NCBI GenBank assembly: GCA_902604795.1 | Contig: CACKZV010000004.1 | Span: 5,337 to 69,336, forward strand | Reading direction: 5' to 3' | From: an uncultured Pelagibacteraceae bacterium | Lineage (GTDB): Bacteria; Pseudomonadota; Alphaproteobacteria; Pelagibacterales; Pelagibacteraceae | Length of the DNA: 64,000 nt | Shown here: positions 60,177 through 64,000 of the stretch, piece after piece | How the letters are laid out: each line of letters starts with the position of its first letter | Position numbering within the stretch: the first letter of the stretch is position 1 | Notes under the pieces: generated by a model | What the model saw: the letters and a program-made list of their open reading frames with translations, nothing else | The model's database searches: none | What the model was told of the DNA's origin: nothing | Position numbers and translations under genes: made by a program

Positions 60177-60947
60177 ATGTTAAAGCCGCACATACTGTTT
60201 GATCATACAAAAACATCAAAAAAAATTAAAAATTTTCTAGATCATAAAATCAAAAATATATCATTAAATAAAAGTAATCTAATAATTGTTGTTGGAGGTG
60301 ATGGTTTTATGCTTTCGTCATTGAAAAAGTATAATAAATACAAAAAACCTTTCTATGGAATAAATGCTGGTAGTTATGGTTTTTTAATGAATAAGTTTTC
60401 ATCAAAAAATACAATTAGAAATTTATCTAAAGCAAAACAAGTTTCGATTTCTCCTTTAGAAATGAGTGTAAAAAATAAATTTAACAAAACTAAAAAGTCT
60501 ATTGCCATTAATGAAGTCTCAATTTTAAGACAAAGCAGGCAAACAGCATCACTTGAGATTTCAAGTGGTTCTCAAAAGATTATAAAAAAATTAGTCTCTG
60601 ATGGTGTATTAATTTCAACACCTGCGGGTAGCACTGCTTATAATATGTCAGTTTATGGTCCTATATTAAATTTAGATTCAAACAAACTGTCCATCAGACC
60701 GATTAGTGCTTTTAGACCAAGAAGATGGAAGGGAAGAGTAGTTAGTGACAAATCAAAAATTGTGATCAAAAATCTTAATATTCAAAAAAGACCTATTAGT
60801 GCAGTTGCAGATAACTATGAAGTAAGAAATGCAAAAATTATTTATATTAAAATAAATAAAAAAATTAAGTTTAATCTGCTTTACGACTCAAATAGAAGTC
60901 TTCAAAAAAAAATTAAAATAGAACAAATCAGAAAAGAAACAAATTAA
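60177..60947 (+). CDS. nadK: NAD kinase
   Basis: GGDGFML, AINEVS and DGVLISTPAGSTAYN motifs. Confidence 0.93.
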   Translation: MLKPHILFDHTKTSKKIKNFLDHKIKNISLNKSNLIIVVGGDGFMLSSLKKYNKYKKPFYGINAGSYGFLMNKFSSKNTIRNLSKAKQVSISPLEMSVKNKFNKTKKSIAINEVSILRQSRQTASLEISSGSQKIIKKLVSDGVLISTPAGSTAYNMSVYGPILNLDSNKLSIRPISAFRPRRWKGRVVSDKSKIVIKNLNIQKRPISAVADNYEVRNAKIIYIKINKKIKFNLLYDSNRSLQKKIKIEQIRKETN

Positions 60948-62095
60948 TGAGCAACAAAAATTTTGGGTTTGGAACTCAAATTAGAAAATCTCCGTATTTT
61001 GATTCAACTGTAAAATGGGGAGCAACAGGTTTTTCTGTATATAATCATATGTATATACCTCGTGATTTTGGAGATCCAGAGCAAAACTTTTGGAATTTAA
61101 TTGAAACAGCAATACTCTGTGATGTTGCTGTTGAAAGACAAGTAGAAATTACTGGACCAGATGCTTTTAAGTTTATTCAATTATTAACACCAAGAGATCT
61201 GTCAAAATTAGCTATTGGGCAGTGTAAATATATTTTAATTACTAATTCAGAAGGTGGAATTTTAAATGACCCAGTTCTATTAAGATTAGGAAAAAATCAT
61301 TTTTGGTTATCATTAGGTGATAGTGATATTTTATTATGGGCACAAGGAGTAGCTGTTAATTCAGGTTTAGATGTCAAAATAATTGAGCCAGATGTTTCAC
61401 CTTTACAGTTGCAAGGGCCTAAATCAGGTGAAATTATGATAAAATTATTCGGAGAGAATATTAAAGATATAAAATATTATTGGTTTAAAGAATTAGAATT
61501 AGATGGAATACCACTGTTAGTTTCAAGAACAGGATGGTCAAGCGAATTTGGTTACGAACTATTCTTAAAAGATGGATCAAAAGGAAACGAATTATATGAA
61601 AAAATTATGGAAACTGGAAAAGAATTTGGAATCAAACCTGGTCATACTTCTTCAATCAGAAGAATAGAAGGTGGAATGCTTTCCTACCATGCTGATGCTG
61701 ATATTTACACAAATCCATTTGAATTAGGTTTAGATCGTCTGGTTAATCTTGATAGTGATATTAATTTTATAGGCAAAGAAGCTCTAAAAAAAATTAAAAA
61801 AGATGGTGTAAAAAGATTGCAAATTGGTTTAGAAATTAAATGTGAGAAGTTAAGTGGACCAAACACAATTTTCTGGCCTTTAAGGGTTGATAATAAACAA
61901 ATTGGAAAAGTAACCTCAGCCGTTTATTCACCAAGATTAAAAAAAAATATTGCTCTTGCTATTGTAGATATTGATTACACAAAAAAGGGTCAAGAAATTG
62001 AAGTATCTATAGGTGATAAAACTTTTAAATGCGAAGTAATTGAGAAACCTTTTTTTGATCCAAAAAAAAAGATCACTTCAAAATCATTAGTATAA
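60947..62095 (+). CDS. GcvT/DmdA-family THF-dependent aminomethyltransferase or demethylase
   Basis: YNHMYIP, CDVAVERQVEITGPDA, ILNDPV, SRTGWSSEFGYE and RRIEGG motifs. Confidence 0.88.
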   Translation: MSNKNFGFGTQIRKSPYFDSTVKWGATGFSVYNHMYIPRDFGDPEQNFWNLIETAILCDVAVERQVEITGPDAFKFIQLLTPRDLSKLAIGQCKYILITNSEGGILNDPVLLRLGKNHFWLSLGDSDILLWAQGVAVNSGLDVKIIEPDVSPLQLQGPKSGEIMIKLFGENIKDIKYYWFKELELDGIPLLVSRTGWSSEFGYELFLKDGSKGNELYEKIMETGKEFGIKPGHTSSIRRIEGGMLSYHADADIYTNPFELGLDRLVNLDSDINFIGKEALKKIKKDGVKRLQIGLEIKCEKLSGPNTIFWPLRVDNKQIGKVTSAVYSPRLKKNIALAIVDIDYTKKGQEIEVSIGDKTFKCEVIEKPFFDPKKKITSKSLV

Positions 62096-62197
62096 TTTTA
62101 TGTCTAAATTTTTAGAATATATAGGTGAAGAAATAATGATAATTTAGAAAATATTCTGATAAGTTGTAAAAATTGTAAAAATGAAGTATCTAAAATA

Positions 62198-62347
62198 GTG
62201 AGCTCAATAATAGAATTTTTAAAGTTTTTATTTATTAATAAAAAATTTTGGTTACTTCCTATTGCCGTTATACTCCTAATTTTTGGCAGTCTAATTATTT
62301 TAGGTCAAGGTTCAGCTTTAAGTCCATTTATTTATACCTTATTTTAA
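62198..62347 (+). CDS. DUF5989 / SxtK-like small membrane protein absent from the ORF track
   Basis: Own translation, GTG start: MSSIIEFLKFLFINKKFWLLPIAVILLIFGSLIILGQGSALSPFIYTLF. KKFWLLP and PFIYTLF are the family signatures. Confidence 0.85.
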   Translation: MSSIIEFLKFLFINKKFWLLPIAVILLIFGSLIILGQGSALSPFIYTLF

Positions 62348-62348
62348 A

Positions 62349-63560
62349 TTGTTTAAATTTAATAAAATAATAAAAAGTATTTTAGTATATTTATTTATAT
62401 TAGTCTTAACTTTTATAATTTTGGAAACTATTAGTCGTGCTTTTTTTCATGAAATAGGTGAAAACTATATTCATAAAACAATAAGTGAAAATGAAAGAAT
62501 TCATAAAAATATTTACAGGTTTACTGAAAATTTTGATGGTTTTAAAATAAGAAAATCAACTAAAGTTTATGATAAAAATACCAATTACGATCGAGTTTAT
62601 TTAATTGGGGATAGTGTTTCACAAGGTTATGGATTAAAATATGTTGATACTTTTTTTTCTATCGCAGAAGATATGATTAATAATTCGTCTTTAAATAAAA
62701 AAAGATTTTTAGCAATTGGTAGTTACAACAATAATATTTTTGATAGTTTTGATATAATTAATGATAACATAAACAAATTTTCAAAAAATGATTATTTAAT
62801 GTTTCAATTTAATTTTAATGATTTAAATTTTTATAATTTTGAAAAATATTTTACTTTAAGTCCATCTGAAAATGTTTTTTTAGATAATGGTAAAGCACTA
62901 AGTGTAAATAACTTAAATAAAGAGGAAAGAGAATTAATTTTAAGTAATTTAGATAATAATTACTATAAAAGTATGCCAGATAATATTATATATAAAGTGT
63001 TAACTACAGTGAGAGATAAGACAAGAAAATTAAGAGCAACTTATTTAAATAGATCTAGTTTTTTACGAGTAATGCAGCACTATGCGGGTATTTTTTCCAG
63101 AAGCACCCAAGGTTCTTGTAAGGATAGAAAATTAGATGCACTCGGCCAATATACTTACTCTTTCGGTGCTATTGGCTTTGAAAAGGAAAGTGAAATTTTA
63201 TGGAAAATTTTAGAGAATTATTTTTATGAAATGAATGATCTCTCAAAAAAAAATAATATAAATTTTATAATTCTTATTTCTCCAATTTCCTTATTAGTGG
63301 ATCATCATGACCATTTAAATCATACGAATCTATCGATGGATTGCGCTACAATAGATGCTCACAAACGATTAATAAGAATTTTTGAAAAGAATAATATTGA
63401 TTATATTGATCCTTTAGACAAATTTAATTCTTTTGCTCAAGCTAGTTTTAATGAAAAAAATCAATTAAATTTATTTCATAATTTTGATACTAATCATCCT
63501 AACTATAATGGAAGTTATTTGATTGGTTTGTCAATTCTTGAATATTTCAAAATTAAGTAA
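62349..63560 (+). CDS. Membrane-anchored SGNH/GDSL hydrolase family protein
   Basis: N-terminal TM (ILETISR); GDSVSQG block I, NFND block III, DTNHPN block V. Confidence 0.8.
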   Translation: MFKFNKIIKSILVYLFILVLTFIILETISRAFFHEIGENYIHKTISENERIHKNIYRFTENFDGFKIRKSTKVYDKNTNYDRVYLIGDSVSQGYGLKYVDTFFSIAEDMINNSSLNKKRFLAIGSYNNNIFDSFDIINDNINKFSKNDYLMFQFNFNDLNFYNFEKYFTLSPSENVFLDNGKALSVNNLNKEERELILSNLDNNYYKSMPDNIIYKVLTTVRDKTRKLRATYLNRSSFLRVMQHYAGIFSRSTQGSCKDRKLDALGQYTYSFGAIGFEKESEILWKILENYFYEMNDLSKKNNINFIILISPISLLVDHHDHLNHTNLSMDCATIDAHKRLIRIFEKNNIDYIDPLDKFNSFAQASFNEKNQLNLFHNFDTNHPNYNGSYLIGLSILEYFKIK

Positions 63561-63591
63561 ATTTTTAGTTTTAAAACAAATGAAATTTTAG

Positions 63592-63667
63592 TGGTGCCCC
63601 CGCACGGACTCGAACCGCGGACCTATTGATTACAAATCAATTGCTCTACCAGCTGAGCTACAAGGGC
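63592..63667 (-). tRNA. tRNA-Thr(TGT)
   Basis: Reverse complement reads GCCCTTGTAGCTCAGCTGGTAGAGCA-ATTGA-TT-TGT-AA-TCAAT-AGGTCCGCGGTTCGAGTCCGTGCGGGGGCACCA, 76 nt. Confidence 0.97.
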
Positions 63668-63707
63668 TTGTAGAGTTTTTTAATAGTATTTAATATATTA
63701 TCAAGAA

Positions 63708-64000
63708 TTATTTTTGTTGATTTATATGATGAAAAACTATTGCAGCACTGTTAGATATATTTAAGCTTTCTATATTTTTGTTAATGTCAATTTTTACTGT
63801 AAAATCTGTATACTTTTTAGTATGTTTGTTAAGACCATATCCTTCTGAACCAAAAAGTAAAATATTATTTCCTTCCCACTTAACATCAGTAAATTTTTTT
63901 TCACTGTTAGCTGTGAAGCCATAAACCCAAAAATTTTTATCTCTTAAATATTTTAAGGTGGTATTTATATTTGAGACTTGAAAAATATTCATGTACTCCA
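63708..64000 (-). CDS. rlmB: 23S rRNA Gm2251 methyltransferase, 5'-truncated by the window edge
   Basis: FGSEGYGL and ESLNISNSAAI SPOUT motifs. Confidence 0.85.
   Translation of the reverse strand, partial: EYMNIFQVSNINTTLKYLRDKNFWVYGFTANSEKKFTDVKWEGNNILLFGSEGYGLNKHTKKYTDFTVKIDINKNIESLNISNSAAIVFHHINQQK

Noticed and set aside
60947-62095. Assigning the symbol dmdA or gcvT
   Set aside because: Family is clear, but orthology cannot be established by eye and no gcvH/gcvP is adjacent.
62096-63667. Prophage or integrative element at tRNA-Thr or tRNA-Leu
   Set aside because: No integrase and no duplicated tRNA 3' end visible.

Overview
AT-rich, densely packed alphaproteobacterial chromosome segment. 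Gene content and extreme compaction point to Pelagibacterales (SAR11). Most of the window is housekeeping or core metabolism: class II aldolase, SpeD-SpeE fusion, polar amino acid ABC transporter, rpoZ, a TRAP transporter with malonyl-CoA decarboxylase and a CoA transferase, dusA, PMM/PGM, nrdAB, prpDBC, a half-length glmU with glmS, DAHP synthase, nadE, cysS (frameshifted in an A9 run), cimA, trmJ, rpsD, grxD/bolA, purL/Q/S/C/B, map, sfsA, azlCD, gpgS/gpgP, NAD kinase, a GcvT-family protein, rlmB, tRNA-Leu(TAA) and tRNA-Thr(TGT). Three parts look accessory. (1) 10524-13257: three translationally coupled secreted hypothetical proteins, two with HEXXH motifs. The first and third genes share a 49-bp near-identical signal-peptide-coding direct repeat, and the third has a 27-bp tandem duplication at a domain junction, suggesting a modular secreted-protein cassette. 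(2) 53100-59931: lipoprotein, PhyH dioxygenase, three unannotated micro-ORFs, two FkbM methyltransferases and glucosylglycerate genes. (3) 62198-63560: a DUF5989/SxtK-like plus SGNH pair at the 3' end of tRNA-Thr. No transposase, integrase, CRISPR array or rRNA was seen. All assignments come from motif recognition by eye; no database searches were run.
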